This document shows, piece after piece, positions 23,034-36,100 of a DNA stretch of 64,000 nt (the first letter of the stretch is position 1; each line of letters starts with the position of its first letter). Under the pieces are notes generated by a model. It was not told where the DNA came from, searched no databases, and was given only the letters and a program-made list of their open reading frames with translations. The stretch is taken from assembly GCA_000708835.1 (NCBI GenBank), contig DF237221.1:1-64000 (forward strand). Reading direction: 5' to 3'. Origin of the DNA: Klebsormidium nitens (taxonomy: Eukaryota > Plantae > Klebsormidiophyceae). The translations under genes and the position numbers were made by a program.

Positions 23034-26000
23034 ATGACGGATGATCAGCCAAACGGCAGGGATGGTGTGGGCTCACAGGAAAAGGAAGAAATGGAAACGG
23101 AGTCCAGCGTCAGTGCCTGCGCTTCGTTGAATTCGAAGAAGAGTCTTTGCTTGATTTGTCGCCATTTGTTGTGTGGGAGCCGACTCTGGGTTGACCGCCG
23201 TCTGCAGTATCGTGACATCCAGGGTGCATCTGATTGCGATTTATGCCACAGCTATGCTTTGAGTTTCTCATGAATATGCAGTGTTTGAATTGATTGAACG
23301 AAGCACTCACCTTCAGCGGCTTGCTTGTGCAGTCTGATTTCAATATGGCAATTCATCTGCTCCGCAAGAAGATTGGTAATTCTAGCAGCAAGGGCTGATT
23401 AGCTACTTGTTTGGCAACGAAGATTCTTAGCTTCTGATTGTGCAGGTATACATGGCTTGCATCTTGCAAGGTCACCGGTGAGCACCAAAGCGTACTCAAG
23501 CTATTCTTACGTCCTTCTTACTAAATCTTCCTCAAGTAAACTGACTCTTAGAAAACGTCTTATCCTGGCAAGTCGCTGGCTGTAAGATACGGCGAAAGTT
23601 CATTTCTTTCTGCATAAGAATCCAGGCCGCTCCAAATCAAGTTCCTTGCTGAACCTCACAGACTTGGGATCGCGTACTACGACAACTCCACCGGTGGAAT
23701 GCACGTTACTGAGACCTGGGATTCGACCGAGGGCTCCGGTGACGAGTATCCTTACATTCAGCTCTGTGAGTACACTTTCTGATCGGAAATAAAGTCTTCG
23801 TATTGGCAGCCGTTTTCGAGGAAGATGTAAGATGAAGTATCGGACAAGAGTTGAAGAGCGCTTTGAGTTTCTGGAACGCAAGTCTCGTAGCCAACCTCAG
23901 GGTGGTCTGTAGGAGCCTTGTTCAGCATCTTCAAGCGGAAGAAGATACTTCATGAAGTCCTTGATGTCTGTTCCTCGTACAGTGAAGTACCAGACCTTGC
24001 CGGCATTGATCTACACATCAACGAAGATGGACGATGCGTTCGTACGCGCTCTGCAGAAGAAAGTTAAGGCCTCCTCAAAGTACATCTGTCCTGTTCAAGC
24101 TTCACGTCTGCTCGTTTTAAATACCTCGCAATTATCTTTGCTTCCTCAGATAGTCGCTCATGCATCATCATTTCACTCACAAACACAGTTTTTGTACCTA
24201 CAGTGATGGAAGACGGCCGCGACTTCCAAGTCAAAATCGTGAAAAACTCAGCCTTCAGCTATGAACAAGCAAAGCACAGGTAAGGAAGCGAGACTGCAAG
24301 ACTTACAGGCCTCTGTGAAGATTGGGGTCAAGGTTATAGCATGGTAAATTATGTAACGGTATGCAACCAGGCGGACGGTAGCAATGTCCGTACAAGCTGA
24401 CTTACAAAAAATTTTCATGCTACGTGTTTAGAAGGAGGCGAACATTTCGAAATGAGCGGGGCCTTATTGCAAAGGTTTTGCCATTTTGCAGGCTGAGTTT
24501 TCTGCACGTCAGAGGCATGCCTGAAGGTGCGGATGCCAAAGAGAGGGTACACATGGTGAGCTGGATGACCTCAAGGCACACGTTGCATGCCAGAACAGCA
24601 CTACAGGGCTCCAAGTATTCGGTCTGGAATGTGCTTCTGCTCTGTTAGTCCGCGGCTAGAACTCGTAAGGAGCTAACGAGAGAATTACTTTTTGCGTGCC
24701 TTCTCCACTACTAACTGGATATCATGTCATGCTGCAGCTCAACTCTATGATGAACCTTGAGAGCGACATGCAAGTGCGAGCAGCTGGCGCCCTCGTCGCC
24801 ATATTGCAAGAGGAGATGATCCTTGATAGTCTGGACGAAGATACTGGCGTCGACAGTCGCGTCACGCTTGGCAGCATCACAGAGATCTCGCTGTATCCTC
24901 TTGTGCTCTGTGTTGTTGAATCAAGCCTCGAAGTGTTGGACCAGTATTTTTTCTGCTGAAAGCTCCTATCCCAGCTCTCTGAACCTCCTTGACTGGGTCT
25001 GGCTATCTCAGTGACGGTTACCTCACGCTCGACGCGGCAACACATGACGCTCTTCAGATCTTTCAAGAAGATAGGCATCCAAGTTCCATGGGCATTGGAA
25101 AAGCTAAGGAAGGGTGAGCGGCTGAATTTCAGGACTCCTTGGTGCACCAGTTCCTTAATGTCCACCTGCATCCTTATAAAGTTGACGCCTGTCAGCAAGA
25201 TTACAATCATGACTGTCCTTGTGCAACTTCTTTTGGTTTTACATGAGCATCAACGAGGCAATTTGGTGGGCACGCCAAGGTCGATTAACTTCTCAGCTCC
25301 TGGCCGTGCTGATGCAGATTTTCGGTCTTCGGCATGTTAAACAAGGTGGGCCTTTTCGCAGCTATGTAACATGCTGATCAATTACGTTAAGTCCGCACTG
25401 ACCTAGTGCTTAAGCTTCTACATAGATTCGAGACTCCAGCTGCGAATATGTATGGCCTTCGAAAAGCTACTTGACTTTGATCCGGACAAAGAAATAAAAC
25501 TCCCAGCGCTTTGCAACCAGACTAAGACGGGAGACCTTACGACTGTTTGACCTGGTTTCTGGCAGTGCAACACGATGATGGGCCGAAGGATGCTGAAGTA
25601 AGCCAGAACTGAGCAGTATGCGCTGAATGAGGAGATGTTTCTCCTGTAAGACTTGTCCGTTTCATTTTCAGAAATACATATGTAATCGACATCGACAAAG
25701 AACGTTCATGTCAGGTTCAAAACGCCTTCAATTTGCTTGTCATTGGTGTTAAGTTCTGCCCTTCTGACGCCTTGGGCCCTTTCGAACAATTTTCAACATT
25801 CTGGTTTCAGGCTTTGGTTCATGCGTCCTCTCGTAGATCTGGAGCTCTTGGAAGACCGGCTGGATACGGTAAGCGGTCCAACTTTGACTGAGAGATCGAG
25901 GGAACCATCATTGCTTCAAAAATGCTGCTGAGTTCACAGCCGAATTGTCTCGTTCGATTCTCGTCTCCTGGGTGTTTGGTGACAGTACCATTTTGCAGGT

Positions 26001-29000
26001 TCCAACAAAAAAGCTTCACGCTGATATGCTTTTGACCTGCAGATCTCCTTTCTCATGTCCTCACAAGACCTGGTAAAGGCATTGAACGACTCCTTGAAGA
26101 AGATAAAGGACGTTCCCAAGATCTTACAGGTAAACATAAGAGGTCCGCCTGAGTATCTGCTGAGATCAACTCTCTTTGTGTACTGTGTCAGAACAGTAAG
26201 TACAAAGCGCATGTCGAAACCGTTCAGACAATCTACCCTTCTCTTATCTGCAGAGGTTTGGCTGTGCGGGAGCCCGTTCAACTGCAAGAGACTGGTCGCA
26301 ATTCCTCGAGGTGGGAATTGAAATTGGTCGAAATCCTGCATGCTCACAGTCGCGCTCTTTGAAGGGCGGAGCACTGCATGTGTCAAAAATAAGACGTGAC
26401 TCTCTGAGATGCAACGAGAATTGTCCATTATAGTAGACAAAAGACGAAAGTGATTCAAGATCATTCGCAGGGATAACTCGTCGAGCTTGAAGATGCCGAC
26501 CATGTAGTGTTTCTCGTGTTCCAAACTGCTTATATCGAAACCGGTGTCTCTTGTCTGCAGAGCTTAGCTAACGTGGTGCACATACGAGGCCTTCTGGAGC
26601 TAATTGTATCTCAGAGGCAGCAAGACGCGGCGGCGATCCTAGAACTGCAGGTCGTAAGGAAGGTAATATCTGCAAGAACAATCGACAAAGTTTCGGACAG
26701 CTATCTGCGTTTGTATACCTGAGGTCAGGATGGATGTACGCGAGGAACTAGGTGCTAGCAGCTTCCAGCGGCCAAGCAGCCCTGATCGATTGTACTTGGT
26801 GAAAAGCTCTGCTTCAGCAGAGCAAACCGGCGGGCTTCAGTGGGATGTTACGAGCCTCTTCGATCGTCATCAAAATATGACGGCGACTTTTTGCCTCTCT
26901 CCTCAGATCTTCAAGTACGTAAACGAAGAACTTACGCAAGTCTGCGAGCTGGTGAGATCAAGAAACCGTCAATTGAGGAAGTAACGCACCATTTCCACCC
27001 TCGTTGAATGCGGATCTATCATGTTGGTACAGAATCTGCTTGGCAGTAAACGACAATTCTCTATGTTGTGCAACCTTTACGACCTTGCTATCGAGCCCAA
27101 GTTTACAGTAACATGCTCATCCTTTCCGCCGCTGGCAACATTGATTTCTCATCTACACCCGCACAGGTACGAGAAGTGATAGACTTTGACCAGACCTGTG
27201 GAGAGTCGGTCGAGACCATTGTGGCCTACGGAATCTGCGAAGAGGTTAGGATACACTGTCAAGTAGTTGCTTTCTCCTCAAGAATACACAATCTCGCTAT
27301 ATTAACTCTTTTCTTTTTCGCATAAGGAGTCAAACGGGAACTTCGAGCAAAGCGTTACGAAGAGACCAGAGATTCACATTCTCGCGAAAAGGTTAGGTCG
27401 TTTTTGGCTTAAGGATTCCGTGTATCCTACTCAAGTGCCTAAAGTTCGAATCCAGTTCTAGTGTCTTACTACCTCCTCAACTGCTCGCAGCTCGACGATC
27501 TCAAGCATCAGTACGAGGGACTCCCGGACTTCTTGAACCAGGTGAAAGTTCCAACAAAGGCAGGGGTTCCATAAATATCCAGGGCTGAGGCGTTGAAGAG
27601 AGGTCCTAATAGAGAAGGGAAAGAACAGGAAGTGCAGGAAGAGGAGTCGAAGAGCACCATGTGGTAGACCCTCCATTCCAACACCTTATTGGTCATTGCT
27701 CCTATTGTGTTCAGGTGGCCGAGGCAGAGCTGAACAGGATACCTCCGGGGGCCCTGCAGGAATGTAACTATACCGAGGCTTCTATCCTGCACATTCCTCA
27801 AGTAGGTAAGGCAAACGGCACAGATCGAGTGAACCAGAGTCCAACTACTTTCAATCTACATTAGATGGGGCCTCCGTCATCGCATCCTTAGCATGAGATA
27901 AAAGCCTCCACTTCAGTTGGCAGATCTGATGGAGACCGAGCGTACGCCTTAAAGACGTCCTTACCAAATGCGGCACCCGGAAAAGGCGCGACCTGACATC
28001 TTTGATATTTCTACTTAGCGGTATCTCAGTTCGTACCCCAATCTGCAGGTTATTTGATGCGATTTGAGGGAGACAAACAGGGACAGGCGTTGACGGACGC
28101 ACTCCCCGACTTTGAGTTTGCGGTAAGCAGTGCCGCCCCACTCTCCACCAACCTTCCAAGGAATTTCCAAGCTCTTGAATGTCATTCTCCTGTTTCGGCC
28201 TCAGGATCTAACAGATTATGACACATTGCGTGTGAACGGGAATAAATCATAATCCGAACAGCTGTCACGATACTGCGTAATATCAAAAGCTCGACGTTCA
28301 AACGCCTTTCAGACGTGAATTTGCGTTGCCTAATCAGTTCGAAGGTGACGACGCCGACGGCCACGGAATCTTCTACCATACTAAGCGCACGCGCGAACTG
28401 GGCGAGCTCTTGGGCGATGTCTACCACAAGATTCTTGGTAAGCCTACCGCGATTTAAGAGACTCTGATGGGAAAGAAGTACTGTTGCATGGATGTTCCGC
28501 CTACGGCTCCCAGCGTGATTATGAAGCACGATGGAGTCTTGACACCTACTTTGAAAGTCTTTGATCAGATCTATCTCAATCAATAATCTCTTCGCTTGAA
28601 CGTATTGCTTCTACTTTGCAGATATGGAGAACGCCATTCTGCGAGATCTTGAGAAGCGAGTCGTTGATTCGAGCACGAACCTTGTCCAAGCTGTCGACGC
28701 CGCCGCAGAACTTGATTGGTAATCCGCTCTCAGCTTTACGAGAAGTAGTGCTTGCATAGGCGAGCATAGCGTAAAACCAATGTGTTTTTGAGCATCTTTT
28801 GAGTCAGGAAATGGTTCTCGAGGACGGGCGCTGGCAGACTATTTTCCTGCTCGATGCTTCTCGTAGACAAGTTCGGTATCGCTGACTATAAGACCTGCAT
28901 TGCAGCCTCTTGTCTCTGAGCATCGCCGCCAGAGAGTACAACTACTCCAGACCCGTCCTCACTCGAGAAAATGTCCTCGTCATACGCAATGGAAGGTTGG

Positions 29001-32000
29001 ATCTCGACCCGACTCTCTGTTCATCGAACCTTTTCTCGAACTTTAGAATGACTCACTGTTGCCGCAGAAGATCCCGTCCGCTTCTTTTTCAAACCTTGTC
29101 ACAGCGTAGGGCTTTCTGGCTTTAAATCTACTTGATTGATAGACCGAACTTCAGTCGACATTCTCGGATCCAGGCACGTGCTTCAAGAGATGACGGTTGA
29201 CACGTTCGTCCCGAACGACACAGAGATAGAGGCGACAGGTAAGGTAACAACACTTCTCGACCAGTGCTTTGCGCATCTACGCTCAGGACGGTGCTTTTCT
29301 TTGCCAGATTGAAACCCGCTTGCTGCTCAGATTGTCAGAATCCAATATGCTGCGTCATTGGTTTTGAGGGAAAGAGGAACGGTGCTTTCCAGGAGAGCAT
29401 TTAAACCGAGCAATGCCTGCAGGTCGCATCAACGTCATAACGGGGCCAAACTATTCCGGGAAGAGCGTGTACGTCAAGCAGGTACGAACTCAAGAATCCC
29501 GCTGAGGTGCTTTGCATATATACCCGTAGCTAGAGAGTCAATATCGAGGATTCAGAGAAGTTCGTCAGTTTTATCTGATCCTGGAACTCTAATGAGGGCA
29601 TCCTGAAGGCCTTGTGGTATCTCAGGAAGTCCCGACAAGCAGTCTCTGCCCTCTCCATTTGAACCTTTTCTGGCACCCATCCAGGTAGCGCTCATCACCT
29701 TCCTGGCTCATATTGGAAGCTTCGTGCCCGCCGACGAGTGCACCGTCGGGCTTACTGACAGGTGACGTTCTGACCGTTTAAGCCTCTTGCCTGTCTGTGC
29801 GAAGAGGTGCAGGTACAAAGCTTGACTCGTTTTGAACGCAAAAATCTTACGTTCTAATTTCCTCCTTCACGCGAGGCGGTAGATGTGAAAGAGTAAAATA
29901 CAAGGTCTGGTTTTCTTGCAGGATCTTCACCAGGATTGCGAGCAGAGAGACGATGGCCGTGGCCCAGTCTACTTTCATGATAGACCTTAACCAGGTTTCG
30001 GTCATGCTGAGGTGCACCCCACTTATTTCACTCGAGTCACCCGTTTTTTGGTGCCTTGAGCTCAGATAATCGTATATGCTTTCAAGGATCATCAGTATTC
30101 ATGAATGGTTGCTTCTCTTCCTCGGTTCTGCTCAAGTTGCTGCATCGTTAGTTCAAGGAGAGACTCTCCGTCCAGCCGACTGAACCATCTCAAAACCCCT
30201 TTTGTTTCTCCAGGCATGCGACGGCTAGGTCTCTTTGCATCATAGACGAGTTTGGCAAGGGCACACTCACAGCTGGTAAGCACAGAAAATCTGCGTCGAA
30301 AGCCCGTGTGAAGCGCTGGAGGAACGGAGCATCCGGCCATCCACACGGCTTATTGTTCCACAAGCAGACCATGCTTGCCGTGTTTCCTGGCACTCAGCTG
30401 TGAATGTGTGAAGCCGGTTGCAAATAACACAAAGAAACTTGTTCTTACTATTGTTGCTTCTCGTCTGCAGACGGAGTCGGATTGCTGTGTGCAACTCTGA
30501 AGCACCTTGCTTCACTCAAGGCTCCTCCCAAGGTGAGTGTTCTGGGTGCAAGTTGGGCCACCTTAAAGCTGACCGCTTGGTTCACCAACTTGCACTAACG
30601 CTGACGATAACGCTGACGATGCTCCGTGCAAAGCTCTGGCACTGAACGCACGCGTCTTGATCAGGTCCTTGTCTGCACCCACTTCGGCGAAGTCTTGGAC
30701 GAGACCTTCCTGCCAAGGGTAAGGGATTGTCTTTTCTATTCACAGACTGTAGCCGGCTCGCTCCGACCTTCTGATTCTTCTCGTCAACATCTTAGAACAG
30801 ATCGTAGCATACCCTGTGCGACGCAGGATTGGTATATGGTGGGTTTTCAAGCAATGTCTGTTGTAAGAAAGCACACAAAGATCGTGAAGTGCTAACTTCT
30901 CTCGTTGACCTCCTCAGTCCAAGAACGTCCAGTTCTCGACGACGAGCATCCTGACGGAGCAGCAGCCTGAGGCTCAGCCGGCTGAGAACACGCGGGGCTT
31001 GCCGAAAGACATAACCTTCCTCTATAGGTACGAACTCATAAGCTTCGCTGTGGCTGTCAGCAGACTCCTGCGGTCGAGGCGAGTGTCGAAGCAGTTTTTA
31101 AAACCCTTCTGTCTCATCAAGTGCACTTGTTATTCAGTAATAGAGGCTTTCATCAGATTCTTGAGCGGAGAAAGCCGCAGCAATACTCCACGAAGCAGCG
31201 GGCAAACTTGTCTTCGCTTTGAATCGACAAGATTCGGAACGTCCTCCTCTTAACTGACAACGATCTCTACCGTGCAGGCTTGTTAAAGGCCACGCCGTCC
31301 CGAGCTACGGTGTACACTGCGCGGAGCTAGCAGGTCCGTGGTATTCCCATCCGCAGCTTTGTCACCCGTTTCACTGCGAGGTCGATTTTAAATAACATCT
31401 GACAACACAAATCCTTTCATTTAGAAGACGTTTTGATCTTAAAGTACCATCTCTGAAACGTTTGCCATGGATAGTTCCGCTAGCTTGTAGAAGAATCAGG
31501 TCCCAGTCCAGATTCATTATGAACGCCAGTTGAGCAAACAGCACTTCCCAAACACGGAGGACAACACGTGCAACAACGTTCTCGGATTCGGAGTCCTTGA
31601 CCTCCAGGCGTTGCTCCTGACGTTCTCACGCGCGCCTCAGAGATCATCCAGTTCATCAAAGAAGGAAAGCCCATCGACAGGCTCCAAGGAAACAGAACGG
31701 TGGAGAAAGACCTGGAATACAAGGTCGGGTCCGGCACAGGGCGCTTCTAAACATGCTCGTATTGATCCGCTTGACTAGAAGTGATCAAGAGCAATGCCCA
31801 AGCATGTCCAGCCTTCTGGAATTCAAACATCCGGACACGGCTGCCAAGTTCATGAGCAAAGAGCGGGAGGTTCCTGTCAAGCACTCTTATTCGATTGTGC
31901 TCAAATCTGGATCTAAAATGGATGTCCTTTTTCCTGGCAGGCCCTTGTCGAAAAACTGCTCGCCTTTGACTGTCAAAGCGGAGACCCAAAGGAGTTCCTG

Positions 32001-32054
32001 AAACAGATCTTTTCGCCGGCTCCAAGTGTCGAAGCCACCGCTAGTGAACCATAG
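23034..32054 (+). CDS. MSH5: MutS homolog 5 (meiotic crossover protein), many exons
   Basis: Plant MSH5-type N-terminus VYMACILQGHRLGIAYYD and VKYQTLPALIYTSTK. ATPase motifs: ITGPNYSGKSVYVKQ (29423-29481), VALITFLAHIGSFVPAD, STFMIDLNQV, SLCIIDEFGKGT, LVCTHF. Last exon ALVEKLLAFDCQSGDPKEFLKQIFS...EP* (stop 32052-32054). The start codon is less certain. Confidence 0.93.
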
Positions 32055-32901
32055 TTGCTATCGTCGTGATTCGTTAGCTGATCGCCTAGGATAGCTGATC
32101 TTCTAAGAGCACGAAACTGCGCCTGAATACATACTTGACTCGTTCAACAACACTGCCTGTGCAAGTACGTTCTTCATCCGCGGATTCGGATCTTCTGGTA
32201 GATGATTGAGAAATCAGCCTCGCTTGAGCTGCCGGGCCTGTGCCCTTCCATCTTGTTCACTGTTCGATTCCGATCAGCAGACTTCCGCCCAGAGCCAACA
32301 CTGAAAACGCAACGCCCTGTTAGCCGATCAGCAAGGCCAAAGGCAAGGTCGTTGGATCGAGTATAGAACGGTTTTGCTGATGGACAAAGATCATCGGTTT
32401 GATCATTAGTGCTGCAGCCGAATACCAGTGGCAGCTTACGTAAAGCATGGCTAGAGTTTTGGCTCCATTTGATCTGATATTATAAAGAGCTCTCCTTCCG
32501 ACGGTCGACACAACGGTCACGGTTGCTCGGGCCAGCGTGCCAGTCGCACCCGCCCTTCGCCCACGCCCAGCGGCGCGACCAGCCAAGCCGGCCGCGGGGC
32601 CCGCAGGTGCTGCGAATCATAGGTGAGTTGACCATCGATCTGGTCTTCTGTTCATCTGACGGCTCGCAGTCAAGTTGCTTATCTCCTTGATGGTCCTTGA
32701 CGTGGATGCTTGCAAACCGTAGATGAGAACCAAATCAAAATGATGGCCAGCAAAACAAACATATGACCCATGTGGGTCATCATTAAATTTACAGCTTCAA
32801 GTAAAGGTATGAACAGTCTGGCACACCGGGCTGATCAGCTGCAGCACCGGGACTAGCACACCGACAAACGAAAGGGGAATCCTCGCCCCTTCCGCAGCGG
32901 A

Positions 32902-32997
32902 TGGCCGGGTTCGAGAATCGAACACACGACCTTTCGGTCCAACCCCTTTTAGTGTGCTAGGTTAAGCACGACGCTCAACCAACTGAGCTAGCCCGAG
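32902..32997 (-). tRNA. Degenerate tRNA-like sequence (Ile-like body, about 24-nt intron-like insert); probably a pseudogene or SINE head
   Basis: Minus strand reads CTCGGGC TAGCTCAGTTGGTTGAGCGTCGTGCT TAA C[..insert..]CCGAAAGGTCGTGTG TTCGATT CTCGAACCCGGCCA. The A box, D arm and B box are intact, but the acceptor, anticodon and T stems pair poorly. Confidence 0.5.
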
Positions 32998-33181
32998 GAG
33001 GCTACAGCTTCAAGTTCATGGCTGCCATTCTCTCCAGCAGATGGGCGATTCGCTTGCTATCCTACCCTACCAACTTGATGGGACTCTGCTCTTTGAAATT
33101 TCCACCTGTAAACTCACTGCAGAGCAATGACAAGCGTCTTTAGGTTTCCTGCTTTCAGTTGGTAATGGTTTGTGCTTCGAG

Positions 33182-36100
33182 ATGGCGGGGGTCACGGAGC
33201 ATCTGGGCCGCACGCAGTGGCCTGGATGTAGCCGATCACCAAGAAGTTCTTCGCGTTTGCAAATGAGCAGTGCGTCTCACCTGCTCGCGCCAAGGGTGAC
33301 GTCACACCATGCATCCTGCCAATGCACCTTCTTAGGGGAGTCTCTAGTCTGCCCCCAAAACCCTCGCTTTCAACATCGGGCTATTGGCTTGCGGGTCGAG
33401 GGAGTGAAACAGTCTTCTTCGCCTTCGAGAAAGCTTTCTGCAGCTTCGCTGTGTTCCTGCATTTGGAATGGCTCATGTCAAGGTAGTGCTTCTAGGAGGT
33501 GCGTCAGTGCTGCGTCTGTGGCTGAGACTGGGGCGCCCACGGAGACAGAAGCAGCGCAGGAAAGGGCGGAACTGGGCGCGGGCGCAAGGACGCTGCTTCT
33601 TTGGCAAGCTCGGGCAAAGCCAGGTATGTTTGGGACCGTTCCTCTGCTGGCTGATTCAGCCCTTCCCTCCTTTCTTTCCAACAATTTTTGTTTGCTTGAT
33701 GTTGGAGTTCATTGGAGCAGCAAAGCGCTGGCAGTGATGCCCCTTCCTTGCACATGAAAGCTTTTGGCTATACCGCTGTGTGCATTGGATGCGAGTCGCC
33801 TCTAACTAAACCAGCTGGAATGGGCAAGAGAAAGCTGTGTGTCCGAGAGCTTTCCTCTATCATTGCACGGCCTTGAAAGGTCCATAAGAGAGTCTGTCAA
33901 ACGTACATCGATCCTTTTTTAAAGGAGAGTTGTCAACGTCTGTGCGTAGGTTGACTACTCAGACTGTGGGTTGTCTTCGCTGCACGCAATGTCAGGCATA
34001 GAAGATTGAAACTTCACATTGCAAATCTTCTTCCCAGGTTCGTCAAGAAAAGCGCCCCAGCACCGACCTGATCAGCTCGAAACCTCCCCAGCTTCTGAGC
34101 ATCCTCTAGGCTCCGAGCAAACTGTAGCCACCGCTAAAGCAATCAAAGCCCCCTCAAGAAGAAAACCTGGCGCACTACTGGACTCCATCAGAACCAAAGT
34201 TCTGAACGCTTCGGAAGACGTGGTCGTGAAAGGCGCTCCCGAGAGTAATCTGAAGGCAAGGAAACCGGTGGCGCCACATGAGGATCGACGGTTGGGAATA
34301 GGCGTCGGCGAATCAGCCTCGCCCAAAATCCCCGGCCCCATTCAGAATGAGGTGCCCGTACTCTGGAGTGAGGATGGAGCCCGGAAAGGGGGGCGAGCTG
34401 TTGGGGGATCCCCTCGGGGCAGTGTGAATGGGACTGCATCGAAGGTGGCGCCACCGGAGGGCGGCGCTGATGTCATCAGCTTCAACGGGGCGCTGTGGGC
34501 GGTGGCGGCGGCTGCGTCGAAGATTGCGAACGGGGGGGTGGTTGAGCAGAAGTCCACAGGTGCGGGGGAGGCCTTGCCGGGGGGGGTTTCAGAACGAGGG
34601 GCCCTCCGTCTTAACAGAAGGCTCATTGCCAATGGGGCGTCCTTTCATGCGGCAGATTTGAGAGGGAGCGAGGGGGCGGAAGGACCTTCGGAAGAACAGA
34701 GTTCGGCGGTCATGCACGTAGGGGGATTGCCGAAGACTGCAGCAGAAAGAGGTGCCGGTCTGAAAGCGAAGAGCAAAAAGGCAGGGCCTGCAAGCGCCAG
34801 CGGTCAGGGGACTGCGTTTGAGGACGGCGTGATGGAAGCATTGCGCAAGAACATGATCGAAGCTCTGCGCGAGAAAAGACCGGCAGGTGCGGGGCCGCCG
34901 TCCGCCGGTCCAGGGGGCTCTGTAAGCGAAGCAGGGTCGAGCGGGGCGCTTGGAGAACTAGAGCGGCCAGACGTGTCGGGTACCGAGGAGGAGAGCGGTC
35001 GGACGGATTCGGGGCTGTCGGCCAGCACGTCGGGCCGAGACGCCGCCCCAGCTCGGAGCCGGGCGCGGAAAGCGAAAGTGTCTCTGGCCACCGAAATTCT
35101 GATAGAGCAGGCCCTGTCAGAGGGGGAGGCGCCGAAGGAAGCACCTGTTCGAAAAACTAGGAAGCGGGTGCAAAAGGTGGTGGTGGTCGAGGGGCCAGCG
35201 ACGGGGGAAGGGGAGAAGCCGAAGCGGGTTAGGAAACGGGTTAGGGTGCGGTCAGCGGAGGTTGAGGGTGGACCGCCGGATCTTGGTGGGGCAGAAAACA
35301 AGAGCACAGACGCGGAAGAAGATAGAGAGGGGGTGGAGGTTTCAGAGGGGTCGAAAGGGGATTCGAGGAGCTTTAGAGCGCGACGTGGGAAGTTGCCAGC
35401 CTTGGGGGCTGCGACGTCCCCGGTAGAGACTGTTGGGAGGGAGCGGATGCAGGCAGGGCAGATCAGCAGACCGGTTCAAAAGAAGGAAAACAGCGGAAGC
35501 ACAGTGCCAGCTATCGTGGGATCGATGATTCTGGGAGCTGCGTCTGGAAACGAGCCAACAGCTGTCCAGAGCCTAGGGGGCTTAGGGCCGAAGCTGGCAA
35601 CTCAGAGTGTAAATAAGGGTTCGTCCTCCAAAGAAGGTTCGCGAAAAGGGGGTACGGAACATACGTTGAGGGGCAGAACTGGGAGCTTAAAGCCAGCCAC
35701 GAGTCAGGTCCCTCTGGGGCCGATCCAAGCCCTGCGCGCCTCCGCCCCGAGCATCAGTTCCAGCGAGTCTGGCACTGTCGTCAAGGGTCCAAAGGTCGCC
35801 ACGAACCGGGCGGGAAGCGGGCCAGTTTCGCTTGACGTCGAAGAGGGGTTCCGGGGGCCAAAGGTCGCCACAAACCGGGTAGTGGGCGGATCGCTGGATG
35901 GAATGGAAGCAGAGGAAAGCGTCGCTGAGGGGCCGAAGTTGGCGACCATGAAAGTGCCGTTGGGTCCGATTGCAGCGCTGCGTGCAGCGGCCAGCCAGCC
36001 AGCCAACGACCTCGCGCCAGCTGTCAGGATCGCGGACGAGGTTCTCGAGGTGGGGCCAATTCAAGTGCTTCGGTCTTCTGGGAGGCATGCCGTTTCGGCA

